The notes beneath the pieces are model-generated. The model was not told the DNA's origin. It ran no database searches and saw nothing but the letters and a program-made list of their open reading frames with translations. A stretch of DNA of 64,000 bases from an uncultured Holophagae bacterium (GTDB lineage: Bacteria > Acidobacteriota > Thermoanaerobaculia > Thermoanaerobaculales > Sulfomarinibacteraceae): contig CAWJPY010000013.1 of the NCBI GenBank assembly GCA_963844865.1, positions 135,821 to 199,820 on the forward strand, in the 5' to 3' direction. Each line of letters opens with the position of its first letter. The first letter of the stretch is position 1. The translations under genes were made by a program, and so were the position numbers. Shown here one piece after another: positions 31,078-39,054 of this stretch.

Positions 31078-31463
31078 TGAACCGACGCAACGCAGCCCGT
31101 CTGACCGACTCGGAGCTCGAGATCATGCAGGTGATGTGGCAGCTCGACGGGGCCACGGTGCGCCAGGTGCACGACGTGATCTCCGAACGCCGTCAGGTCG
31201 CCTACACCACGGTCATGACGATCATGAACATCCTGGAGGAGAAGGGGCATCTGCGTCGGACCAGCCGGGAGGGCAGGGCCTACGTGTACGAGCCGGTCCG
31301 TCCCAAGGACGAGGTCATCGCCTCCATCGTCGACGACTTCGTGGGACGGGTCCTGGAGGGCTCGGCCCATTCCCTGGTCGCCGGCCTCATCGAGCACAAG
31401 AAGCTGTCGAAGCGGGACCTCGAGGAGATCGCCCGGCTCATCGAGGAGGCAGACGAGTCATGA
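31077..31463 (+). CDS. BlaI/MecI/CopY-family transcriptional repressor
   Basis: 'LTDSELEIMQVMWQLDGATVRQVHDVISERRQVAYTTVMTIMNILEEKGHLRR' is a winged-helix Penicillinase_R domain. 128 aa. Confidence 0.9.
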   Translation: MNRRNAARLTDSELEIMQVMWQLDGATVRQVHDVISERRQVAYTTVMTIMNILEEKGHLRRTSREGRAYVYEPVRPKDEVIASIVDDFVGRVLEGSAHSLVAGLIEHKKLSKRDLEEIARLIEEADES

Positions 31464-32806
31464 CCACGGCGAATCTCGTCAGCTACGCGTTGCAGACCGG
31501 AGCCGTCCTGCTGATCGGGCTTTTCGCGCCGCGCGTCCTCCGCCTGCGCGCCCCGGGCGTCGCCCTGCGCTACTGGCAGCTCCTGCTGGCCACGGTCCTG
31601 CTGTTGCCCTTCCTCCAGCCATGGCGGGTCGCCAGTGCCGGCTCGGTGACGGTGGAGGCCGTGGGGGCGCTGCTCACCAGCAGTGCTCGCGCAGTGGCGC
31701 CGGCGAGCCGGGGGGCGACCGTCACCGGATGGATCCTGCTCGGCCTCGCGCTGGTGGCGGCGGTCCGCCTGATCTGGCTGGCGGTGGGGCTCGCCGTGCT
31801 GCGTTCCTATCGGAGAGCGGCGCGGCCCCTGGGCCGCGTGCCACGGGCTGTGATCGAGCTGCTGGGTGCGTCGAGGACGCGCGTGCGGCTGCTGGTCTCG
31901 AATCGAATCCCGGTCCCGGTCACCTTCGGCTGGTTGCGGCCGACTGTGCTCCTGCCCCGGGGCTTCGAGGATCTGCCGGAGCCCTACCAGGTGAGCATCG
32001 CGTGCCACGAGCTCATGCACGTCCAGCGCCGGGACTGGCTCGCCGTGGTGACGGAGCGTTCGCTCCGCGCCCTGCTGTGGTTCCACCCGGCGGTGCCGAT
32101 CCTCCTGCGGCGGATCGGGCTCAGCCGCGAGCAGATCGTGGACCGCGAGGTCGTTCGTCTCACGGGGAGGAGACGAGACTACCTGGATGCGCTCTGGTCC
32201 ATGGCCCGTTGGCAGGAGCGGGCGACGTCCACTCCCGCCCTCTCCTTCCTCAACCGCAGCGATCTCTTCGAACGAGTGGCTCTGCTGACCCGGGAGGTCA
32301 AGATGTCGAAGCTACGCCTGGCGACCGCGGTCGCCGCCCTCGGAGTGTCGGTCACGGTGGCCGGTGTGGCCGCTGCGGCGGCCTTTCCCCTGGTGAGAAC
32401 CCGGGCCGGTGAGCTGGCCGCGTCGACCGCCTCGAGGGATGTCGAGGTGGCGGCGGCGAGCGACGAGGGCGGCCCCGTGCGTTACCAGCCGGGAGGTGAG
32501 GTCACCGAGCCGAAGATCCTCACCAAGGTGAACCCCGTCTACCCCGAGGAGGCCAGGAAGAAGGGCCTGGAGGGCCTCGTGGTTTGCGAGGCCATCATCA
32601 CGGCCGAGGGCACGGTGTCCAGCCTGAAGATCCTCAAGTCCTCTGACGAGGCCTTCGACCAGCCGACGATCGACGCCCTGATGCAGTGGACCTTCGAGCC
32701 TGCCACCCTGCACGGCAGACCGGTGGATGTGATCTACATCCTGACGGTCAGGTACAGGCTGTCCGATGAGGAGTCCCACGAGCAGGGCGGGGAGAGCGAC
32801 GGCTAG
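31460..32806 (+). CDS. BlaR1-like M56 metallopeptidase sensor fused to a TonB C-terminal domain
   Basis: ATGA overlap with blaI. TM helices, 'SIACHELMHVQRRDW' (HExxH of M56), further TM. C-terminal 'VTEPKILTKVNPVYPEEARKKGLEGLVVCEAIITAEGTVSSLKILKSS...' (TonB_C). Confidence 0.85.
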   Translation: MTTANLVSYALQTGAVLLIGLFAPRVLRLRAPGVALRYWQLLLATVLLLPFLQPWRVASAGSVTVEAVGALLTSSARAVAPASRGATVTGWILLGLALVAAVRLIWLAVGLAVLRSYRRAARPLGRVPRAVIELLGASRTRVRLLVSNRIPVPVTFGWLRPTVLLPRGFEDLPEPYQVSIACHELMHVQRRDWLAVVTERSLRALLWFHPAVPILLRRIGLSREQIVDREVVRLTGRRRDYLDALWSMARWQERATSTPALSFLNRSDLFERVALLTREVKMSKLRLATAVAALGVSVTVAGVAAAAAFPLVRTRAGELAASTASRDVEVAAASDEGGPVRYQPGGEVTEPKILTKVNPVYPEEARKKGLEGLVVCEAIITAEGTVSSLKILKSSDEAFDQPTIDALMQWTFEPATLHGRPVDVIYILTVRYRLSDEESHEQGGESDG

Positions 32807-32851
32807 GGTGCTCGGGCCGAGGTCGAGCTCCCGGTCCGCCCCGGCGTCGGG

Positions 32852-34480
32852 TCAGTCGTACATGCCGTCGGCGTACCAGTCGCCGCTGCGGCGATCGCGG
32901 TAGATCCGGTAGAGGCCGCCACCGGAGAGCTCCACGTCCCAGTAGTCGCGCTCCACCGGCTCCGCGCGCCACCAGCCCTCCTCCAGGGACCACGGGCCGG
33001 CCGCCACCCGCACCAGGCCCTGGATGCGGGGCCTCGCCTCCGCGACCGAGGCGACGGAGACCAGGCGAGATCTTGAACTTTGAGCTTTGAATCTTGACGT
33101 GTCGGACGGCGGCGAGCTCTGCGCCGACTCATGACTCCCTGGCTCAGCCACGCGTCCCTCCCCCCGAGAGGGGCGGAGGAGCTCTGAGCTCTCCTCGGTG
33201 ATGACCTCCAGGGGGACGGGGGGGCGCAGGACGCGCACCACCAACAGCCCCCGCCCCCGGCCGGAGGCGCGGCGCAGGAGGGGCGCCGGCGGCGGGTCGA
33301 AGGGGACGCTCTCCTCCCGCTCCGGGAGATGGCCGTCCACCGTGCGCGGCGAGCCCACCCGGTCGGGACCGAGGCGGGCGGTCAGCCGGGCGAGGGTGGT
33401 GGCGAGCCTGTCGGGGGAGATCTCGGGGGCGCCGAACAGGGTGAGCTGGCCGCGCCGGGGGCGGTCCGGGTGCACGGTGCACACGAAGGCCACCACCGGC
33501 CCCCGCGGAGGACGGGCCTCCAGCTCGAGCCGGATCAGGGCGAGCAGGGCCTCCATCTCCCGGATCGGGGCGGGCAGGCGGATGGGACGGCGGTCGTTGC
33601 CCTCCGGCTCCAGGGTGAGCTCCAGCTCGAGCACGGTGCAGGCCAGGTCCTGCCGCTCCAGACGGCGGCGGATGCGCTCCAGCGCCTGGCCGATGGCATA
33701 CAGGAGCGGCTCCGTGGTCACCACGGCCCACTCCAGCTCGGCGCCCTCGGTGAGGGCGAGGGAGAGGTGGTGGGGCACCAGGGGACGGTCGTCCTCGCCG
33801 CGGGCGGCACGGTGGGCGGCGGCCCCGGCCTCCCCGAGGCGGCTCGCCACCCGGTCCGCGGGCAGGCGGGCGAGGTCACCGATGGTGGCGACCCCCCAAC
33901 GGGCCAGGGTGGCCGCCAGCCGCCGGTCGAGGGCCAGCTCGCCCAGGGGCAGGGGCGCCAGGAAGCGGGCCTCGTCGCCGGCGGGGATCACCGTGGGCGT
34001 CTCGGGGCGGCGGGAGGCGACGGCGGCCGCCGGCTTGTTGGCGGCGATGCCGACCCTGACCGGCAGGTCCAGGGACTCCGCCATGATCACCGCGGTGCGA
34101 CCCAGGTCGCCCTCGCCGCGGGCGCCGGGGTAGAGCCGGTCCATGTCGCCCACCTGGGCGAAGAGCTCCTCCTCGGCGGCGACCTCCACCGCCGGCGACA
34201 GGCTCCACGCCACCTCCAGCAGCGCTTCCCGGGCCGAGTCCTCGCACCCGGGATCGCGGCCGCGGGCGATCAGGGAGGGCAGGATGCTGCGCGCCTGGGC
34301 CAGCGTCATACCGGCACGCACCCCCGCGCGGCGGGCCGGACGGGAGGCCGCCGCCACCCGGGCGGTGGAGCCGCTGCCCTGGCAGACCGCCACCGCCTCG
34401 CCGGCGAGCTCGGGCTCGGCCCGCAGCCGCGCGGCGAGGGGGAACAACGGCACCCAGAGGCAGGCGATGCGGCTCACCAC
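32852..34480 (-). CDS. imuB: ImuB, Y-family-polymerase-like subunit of the mutasome
   Basis: 'RIACLWVPLFPLAARLRAEPEL', 'GMTLAQARSILPSL', C-terminal 'WDVELSGGGLYRIYRDRRSGDWYADGMYD'. Start assigned to GTG at 34480/34477. The upstream part of the 601-aa ORF is translated repeat DNA. Confidence 0.85.
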   Translation of the reverse strand: MVSRIACLWVPLFPLAARLRAEPELAGEAVAVCQGSGSTARVAAASRPARRAGVRAGMTLAQARSILPSLIARGRDPGCEDSAREALLEVAWSLSPAVEVAAEEELFAQVGDMDRLYPGARGEGDLGRTAVIMAESLDLPVRVGIAANKPAAAVASRRPETPTVIPAGDEARFLAPLPLGELALDRRLAATLARWGVATIGDLARLPADRVASRLGEAGAAAHRAARGEDDRPLVPHHLSLALTEGAELEWAVVTTEPLLYAIGQALERIRRRLERQDLACTVLELELTLEPEGNDRRPIRLPAPIREMEALLALIRLELEARPPRGPVVAFVCTVHPDRPRRGQLTLFGAPEISPDRLATTLARLTARLGPDRVGSPRTVDGHLPEREESVPFDPPPAPLLRRASGRGRGLLVVRVLRPPVPLEVITEESSELLRPSRGEGRVAEPGSHESAQSSPPSDTSRFKAQSSRSRLVSVASVAEARPRIQGLVRVAAGPWSLEEGWWRAEPVERDYWDVELSGGGLYRIYRDRRSGDWYADGMYD

Positions 34481-34494
34481 GTTCTCCCAGCGGC

Positions 34495-34694
34495 GTGGGG
34501 AATGAAGAAAGAACGCAGAGGCGCAGAGGCGCAGAGCCACCGCCCACCCCGGAAGAAGACAGAACGCAACGACGCGAAGACGCCAAGGCGCAGGGCCCCC
34601 GCCCGCCCGACAGAAGAACGAAACGCAGAGACGCGGAGGCGCAGAGCCCCCACCCACCGCCTTGGGGTGAGAAGTGAGGAGTGAGGAGTGGGAA
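34495..34694. repeat. Family-C repeat units (34495-34660), followed by heptamer tract GTGAGAA GTGAGGA GTGAGGA GTGGGAA (34667-34694)
   Basis: gaacgcagaggcgcagaggcgcagagcc...cccccgcccgcccgacagaagaacgaaacgcagagacgcggaggcgcagagcccccaccc. Compare 11547-11620. Confidence 0.6.
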
Positions 34695-34746
34695 GATCCC
34701 CCGCCCGCCCCGAGACGTCCGACGACGGCCGGCCGATCCTATTTGG

Positions 34747-35000
34747 TGTCATCCTGAGCATCCCTATGCCCCTTCGGGGCGGTGTCACAAGCGATGACAC
34801 GCAGTCGTTCAGAGACGGTGGGCCGACCCGCCTGAGTGTCATCCTGAGCGAGCGGAGGTCTGCCGAAGCGAGTCGAAGGATCCCCCGAGAGCACCAGAGT
34901 CGTGGCTGGGAGGCGTCCCACGGGCCTTCGGGGGATGGTTCGACTCGTCGCTCGCCGCGGACGGCTCTCTCCTCGCTCACCATGACAGCACAAGGCCATG
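34747..35000 (+). repeat. Family-A composite REP-like element inside the imuA-imuB spacer
   Basis: gtcatcctgagcatccc...gtcatcctgagcgagcggaggtctgccgaagcgagtcgaaggatcccccgagagcaccagagtcgtgg...cccacgggccttcgggggatggttcgactcgtcgctcgcc...ctcaccatgaca. Confidence 0.7.
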
Positions 35001-35026
35001 TCATTGGGAGAGCACGGGATGGCCCC

Positions 35027-35165
35027 GATCGCTGTCGCCGATCGCTGACTGCTGCCGCTGCCCGCTGCCCGCCGACGCTGACGGCTGCCACTGTCGCCGA
35101 CACGGGCGCGGACGCGGGTTCCGGATGCTGCCTCTGCTGCTTCCCGCTGTCGCTGTCATCGTCGG
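35027..35165. repeat. Family-D micro-repeat tract (inverted orientation, GCTG-rich)
   Basis: gatcgctgtcgccgatcgctgactgctgccgctgcccgctgcc... Confidence 0.5.
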
Positions 35166-35246
35166 CTCTACAGGGAGAAGAGGAGGAAGACGAAGGAGAA
35201 GGTGAGGGCGAGCAGCCCCAGGGCCGACATGCCGAGCCGGATCGCC

Positions 35247-36035
35247 TCAAAGGGCCTGGACATGGGAGACCTCCTCATCGGCGCGGTCGCGGTCGCGATC
35301 GGGTGGGGGCGCGAACGCGGCCTCGGGCAGGACGAAGACGGTGGGGGCGGCCTCGTGAGGTCGCCGACCGCGGCGCCGCAGCACCTCCAGGTGCGCCTGG
35401 AGCCCTTCCAGCAAGCGCGGCGAGCCCACGGCGCCGGACCAGCGGCCGCGGCCCCGGCCGGCACTCACCACCACCGCGGCGGCGCAGCCGCTCACATGGT
35501 AGGGAGAGCCCACCAGCACGGCCGTCCGGCGGCCGGCGGAGCTGCGGGCGAGGCGCAGCCAGGCGGCCAAAGGCGCCCGTCCCCGCACCGGCGGCAGACC
35601 GAGGTCGAGGGCGACCAGGGAGAAGCCGGTGGAAACTAGCATCTCGGCCGCCGCCAGGGCATCGGGCAGGTTCTTCGGGCGCAGCCACAGCAGCCGCTCC
35701 AGGTCGATGCCCACCGCCGCCGCCGCCTGGGGGTCGAGCTGGGAGCCCTGGTCCAGGAGCGCCGTCGCCTCGCCGGTGTCGGTCACCATCTTGAGGGCCG
35801 CCAGCAGGGTGGCGAAGCGACCGCTGGAGCCCCGGCCCACCAGCTCCACCACGCATCCCCGGGGCAGGCCGCCCTCCAACAGCTCGTCCAGCTCCGCCAC
35901 CGAGGTGGCGAAGGGCGGGTCGCGGAGCTCGGCGTGGTTGCGGCGGGCCAGCTCCGCGGCGGGGCGGACCATGGAGCGCACCTCCTCGGGGAGGGCGTCG
36001 GCGAGGTGGCGGAGGGTGGGGGTGTGAACGGTCAT
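35247..36035 (-). CDS. imuA: ImuA, RecA/SulA-like mutasome subunit
   Basis: Start at ATG 36035 with GGAGG 5 nt upstream. 'LDELLEGGLPRGCVVELVGRGSSGRFATLLAAL' and 'FSLVALDL' are typical of ImuA. 262 aa. Confidence 0.75.
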   Translation of the reverse strand: MTVHTPTLRHLADALPEEVRSMVRPAAELARRNHAELRDPPFATSVAELDELLEGGLPRGCVVELVGRGSSGRFATLLAALKMVTDTGEATALLDQGSQLDPQAAAAVGIDLERLLWLRPKNLPDALAAAEMLVSTGFSLVALDLGLPPVRGRAPLAAWLRLARSSAGRRTAVLVGSPYHVSGCAAAVVVSAGRGRGRWSGAVGSPRLLEGLQAHLEVLRRRGRRPHEAAPTVFVLPEAAFAPPPDRDRDRADEEVSHVQAL

Positions 36036-36068
36036 GGGGGGCCTCCATGAATCGAGGGTCCACTCCCC

Positions 36069-36097
36069 ACTATAGGCATAAATGCGACATAAATCAA
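36069..36097 (-). promoter_or_regulatory. imuA promoter TTGATT-17-TATAGT with candidate operator TATGTCgcaTTTATGCC in the spacer
   Basis: Minus-strand reading of 36097..36069. About 27-nt leader to the imuA ATG. The core is duplicated at 31006-31034. Confidence 0.6.
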
Positions 36098-36121
36098 GAA
36101 AGGTACGAGGGTGGGAGCTCG

Positions 36122-36253
36122 CTGCAGCGGACGAGGCCGGGAAGCCTCGCCGCTGAGCTCGCGCTGGTAGGCCCTTCGGTTGGCGACAAGGAGCTTCGGG
36201 TTTGCCATGTTCTGCAGCGGACGAGGCCGGGGAGGCCTCGCCGCTGAGCTCGC
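36122..36253 (+). repeat. Two direct copies, 90 nt apart, of a REP-like hairpin CTGCAGCGGaCGAGGCC-loop-GCCTCGCCGCTGAGCTCGC
   Basis: Copy 1 at 36122-36162, copy 2 at 36212-36253. Each has a 12-13-bp stem with one bulged A. Confidence 0.65.
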
Positions 36254-36594
36254 CGAGGAGCGCTTCACAGAGAACAGCACCTTCCTCGGGCGTGCCACTG
36301 GTGACACTTTCTCGAGGCGTCGCATGCCGGCCTCGTGTCGTCTGTGGTCGGGAAAGTGTCAGCGGTGGCAACCGCGGGGAAGGCGAAGACAGCATTATGA
36401 CGAGACCGCGAATCATCCCCTGTGGAATCGCGACCCTCCGCGGCTGTCCCCGACCATCACCGAGACCGGGCCAGATGGGCCCGCGGTGACACTCCGATTC
36501 ATCTGAGCCTCAGTCGCACAATGTATTGACCTACTTGAAAATATGGGCAGAGATGAGTACATTGACGCCAGTCTGGGCCGAGGGAGGATGTGCC

Positions 36595-37452
36595 GTGGCC
36601 GAGCTCCTCAAAGTGGAAGAAATCGCCCCTGCGTTCAAGCGCTACCTGGTGCACGCGCCGGAGATCGCGCGCAAGCACCGGGCGGGCCAGTTCGTGGTCG
36701 TCCTCCTCCACGACGAGGGTGAGCGCATCCCGCTCACCATCGCCGACGCCGACGCCGAGGCCGGAACGATCACCCTGGTCGTGCAGGAGGTGGGCAAGAC
36801 GACCATGGAGATGGGCACCTTGAAGGCGGGCCAGGAGATCGTGGTGGTGGGGCCCCTCGGCACGCCCACCCACATCGAGAAGGTGGGCACGGTGGTGTGC
36901 GTGGGTGGCGGCGCCGGCATCGCCCCCCTGCTGCCCATCGCCCGCGCCCTCCGGGAGGCCGGCAACCACGTGGTGTCGATCCTGGGTGGGCGGACGGAGG
37001 AGCTGGTCATCATGCGGCCCGAGATGGAGGCCGCCTCGGACGAGATGATCTACACGACGGACGACGGCAGCTTCGGCACCAAGGGCCTGGTGACCCATGC
37101 CCTGCAGGCCTTCATCGACGAGCGGGGCAAGCCGGCCATGGTGGTGGCCATCGGCCCGGCCATCATGATGAAGTTCGTGGCCGAGCTGACCAGGCCGCTG
37201 GAGATCCCGACGGTGGTCTCCCTCAACACCATCATGATCGACGGCACCGGCATGTGCGGCGGCTGTCGCGTGGCGGTGGGGGGAGAGAGCAAGTTCGTGT
37301 GCGTGGACGGACCCGAGTTCGACGCCCACAAGGTGGACTTCGATCTGATGATGAAGCGGCAGCGCATCTACCTCGAGCAGGAGGAGATCGCCCGCCGCCG
37401 CTTTTTGGAACGGCACCAGTGCCAGGCGCTGCAGGCCGAGGAGGTGAGCTGA
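36595..37452 (+). CDS. NfnA/SudB-like FAD/NAD-binding [2Fe-2S] oxidoreductase subunit (dihydroorotate-dehydrogenase electron-transfer-subunit fold)
   Basis: 'FKRYLVHAPEIARKHRAGQFVVV', 'VCVGGGAGIAPLLPIA', 'IDGTGMCGGCRV'. Start chosen as in-frame GTG 36595, 8 nt after gggagga. The ORF maximum begins at 36526. Confidence 0.8.
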   Translation: MAELLKVEEIAPAFKRYLVHAPEIARKHRAGQFVVVLLHDEGERIPLTIADADAEAGTITLVVQEVGKTTMEMGTLKAGQEIVVVGPLGTPTHIEKVGTVVCVGGGAGIAPLLPIARALREAGNHVVSILGGRTEELVIMRPEMEAASDEMIYTTDDGSFGTKGLVTHALQAFIDERGKPAMVVAIGPAIMMKFVAELTRPLEIPTVVSLNTIMIDGTGMCGGCRVAVGGESKFVCVDGPEFDAHKVDFDLMMKRQRIYLEQEEIARRRFLERHQCQALQAEEVS

Positions 37453-38904
37453 TGGCCCGTGAGCTGACACCCAAGGAGCGGATGAAGATTCCGCGTCAGG
37501 CGATGCCGGCCCAGGAGCCCATGGAGCGGATCCGCAACTTCAACGAGGTCGCTCTCGGCTTCACCCCCGAGCTCGCCGTCGCCGAGGCGGAGCGCTGCCT
37601 CGCGTGCAAGAAGCCCAAGTGCATCTCGGGCTGCCCCGTGGGCATCGACATCCCGGCCTTCGTGCAGGCCATCCAGGACCAGCGCTTCGAGGACGCCCTG
37701 GCGATCATCAAGAAGGACAACACCCTGCCCGCCATCTGCGGCCGTGTCTGCCCGCAGGAGGACCAGTGCGAGAAGGTCTGCGTCACCGGCGTCAAGCACG
37801 AGCCGGTGGCCATCGGACGCATGGAGCGCTTCGTGGCCGACTGGGAGATGTCCAGGGGCGAGATCAACATGCCCCAGCAGGCGCCGCCTACCGGTTTCAA
37901 GGTGGCCATCGTGGGCTCGGGTCCCTCCGGTCTGGCCTGCGCCGCTGATCTCGCCATCCGCGGCCACCACGTGACGATCCTCGAGGCTTTGCACAAGCCG
38001 GGCGGGGTGCTGGTGTACGGCATCCCCGAGTTCCGACTGCCCAAGGCCATCGTGCAGGAGGAGATCGTTCAACCTCAGGAAGCTGGGGGTGGAGATCCGC
38101 TGCAACTTCGTGGTCGGAAAGACTGCCACCGTCCAGGAGCTCTTCGACGACTACGGGTACGACGCCATCTTCCTGGGCACCGGCGCCGGGCTGCCCTACT
38201 TCATGGGCATTCCGGGCGAGAACTACATCGGCGTGCTGTCGGCCAACGAGTTCCTGACGCGGGTCAACCTCATGAAGGCGTTCTCCTTCCCCGACTACGA
38301 CACCCCCGTGCAGCTCGGCAACCGGGTGGCGGTGGTGGGCTCCGGGAACGTGGCCATGGACTGCCTGCGCACCGCCAAGCGTCTGGGCGCCGAGGAGGTC
38401 ATCTGCCTCTACCGCCGCACCCGGGCGGAGTCGCCGGCGCGTCTGGAGGAGCTGGAGCACGCCGAGGAAGAGGGTATCGACTTCCGCTGGCTGAACGCTC
38501 CCGTGGAGATCTACGGCGACGACGAGGGGCGGGTGACCGGGGTGCGGGTGATCAAGATGGAGCTGGGCGAGCCCGACAGCTCCGGACGCCGGCGCCCGGT
38601 TCCCATCGAGGGCAGCGAGTACGACGTTCCCCTCGACAACGTCATCATGGGCATCGGCCAGGGCCCGAACCCACTGGTCACCAAGAGCACCGAGGGGCTG
38701 CAGCTCAACCGCTGGGGCAACATCGTGGTGGACGAGGAGACCATGATGACCTCGATCCCGGGCGTCTTCGCCGGCGGGGACATCGTGACCGGCGCCGCCA
38801 CCGTCATCCTGGCCATGGGGGCCGGCAAGAAGGCCGCGGCGGGCATCGCCGACTACCTCAAGCAGAAGAGCCAACCGGCCGCGGACGCGCAGGCGACGGC
38901 CTGA
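37452..38904 (+). CDS. NfnB/GltD-like NADPH-dependent oxidoreductase (glutamate synthase small-subunit family), with one frameshift near 38062-38068 as assembled
   Basis: N-terminal half 'RNFNEVALGF...CLACKKPKCISGCPVGIDIP...VAIVGSGPSGLACAADL...YGIPEFRLPK' is in one frame. The remainder 'FNLRKLGVEIRCNFVVGKT...AVVGSGNVAMDCLRTA...VFAGGDIVTGAATVI' is in the next frame. A 4-nt 'gttc' sits where one codon is expected. TGATG coupling to the upstream subunit. Confidence 0.8.
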
Positions 38905-39054
38905 GGAGCGGTTCGGGCCGCTCAGAAGGCGCCGTGCTATAATTTGGCCGGAGCTGTAAGTGTAACTATGATAACATCTTCGAGCGCTATCCGCGGTCGT
39001 GATCAGGGGCGTGCGGGGGGATCCGCCGGAGCGGCGGAGGGGGAGAGCGGTTGA

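Noticed and set aside
34688-35794. 368-aa plus-strand ORF across the imuA-imuB spacer and imuA
   Set aside because: Its first half translates family-A and family-D repeats and its second half is antisense to imuA. Composition is Arg/Pro/Gly-rich.
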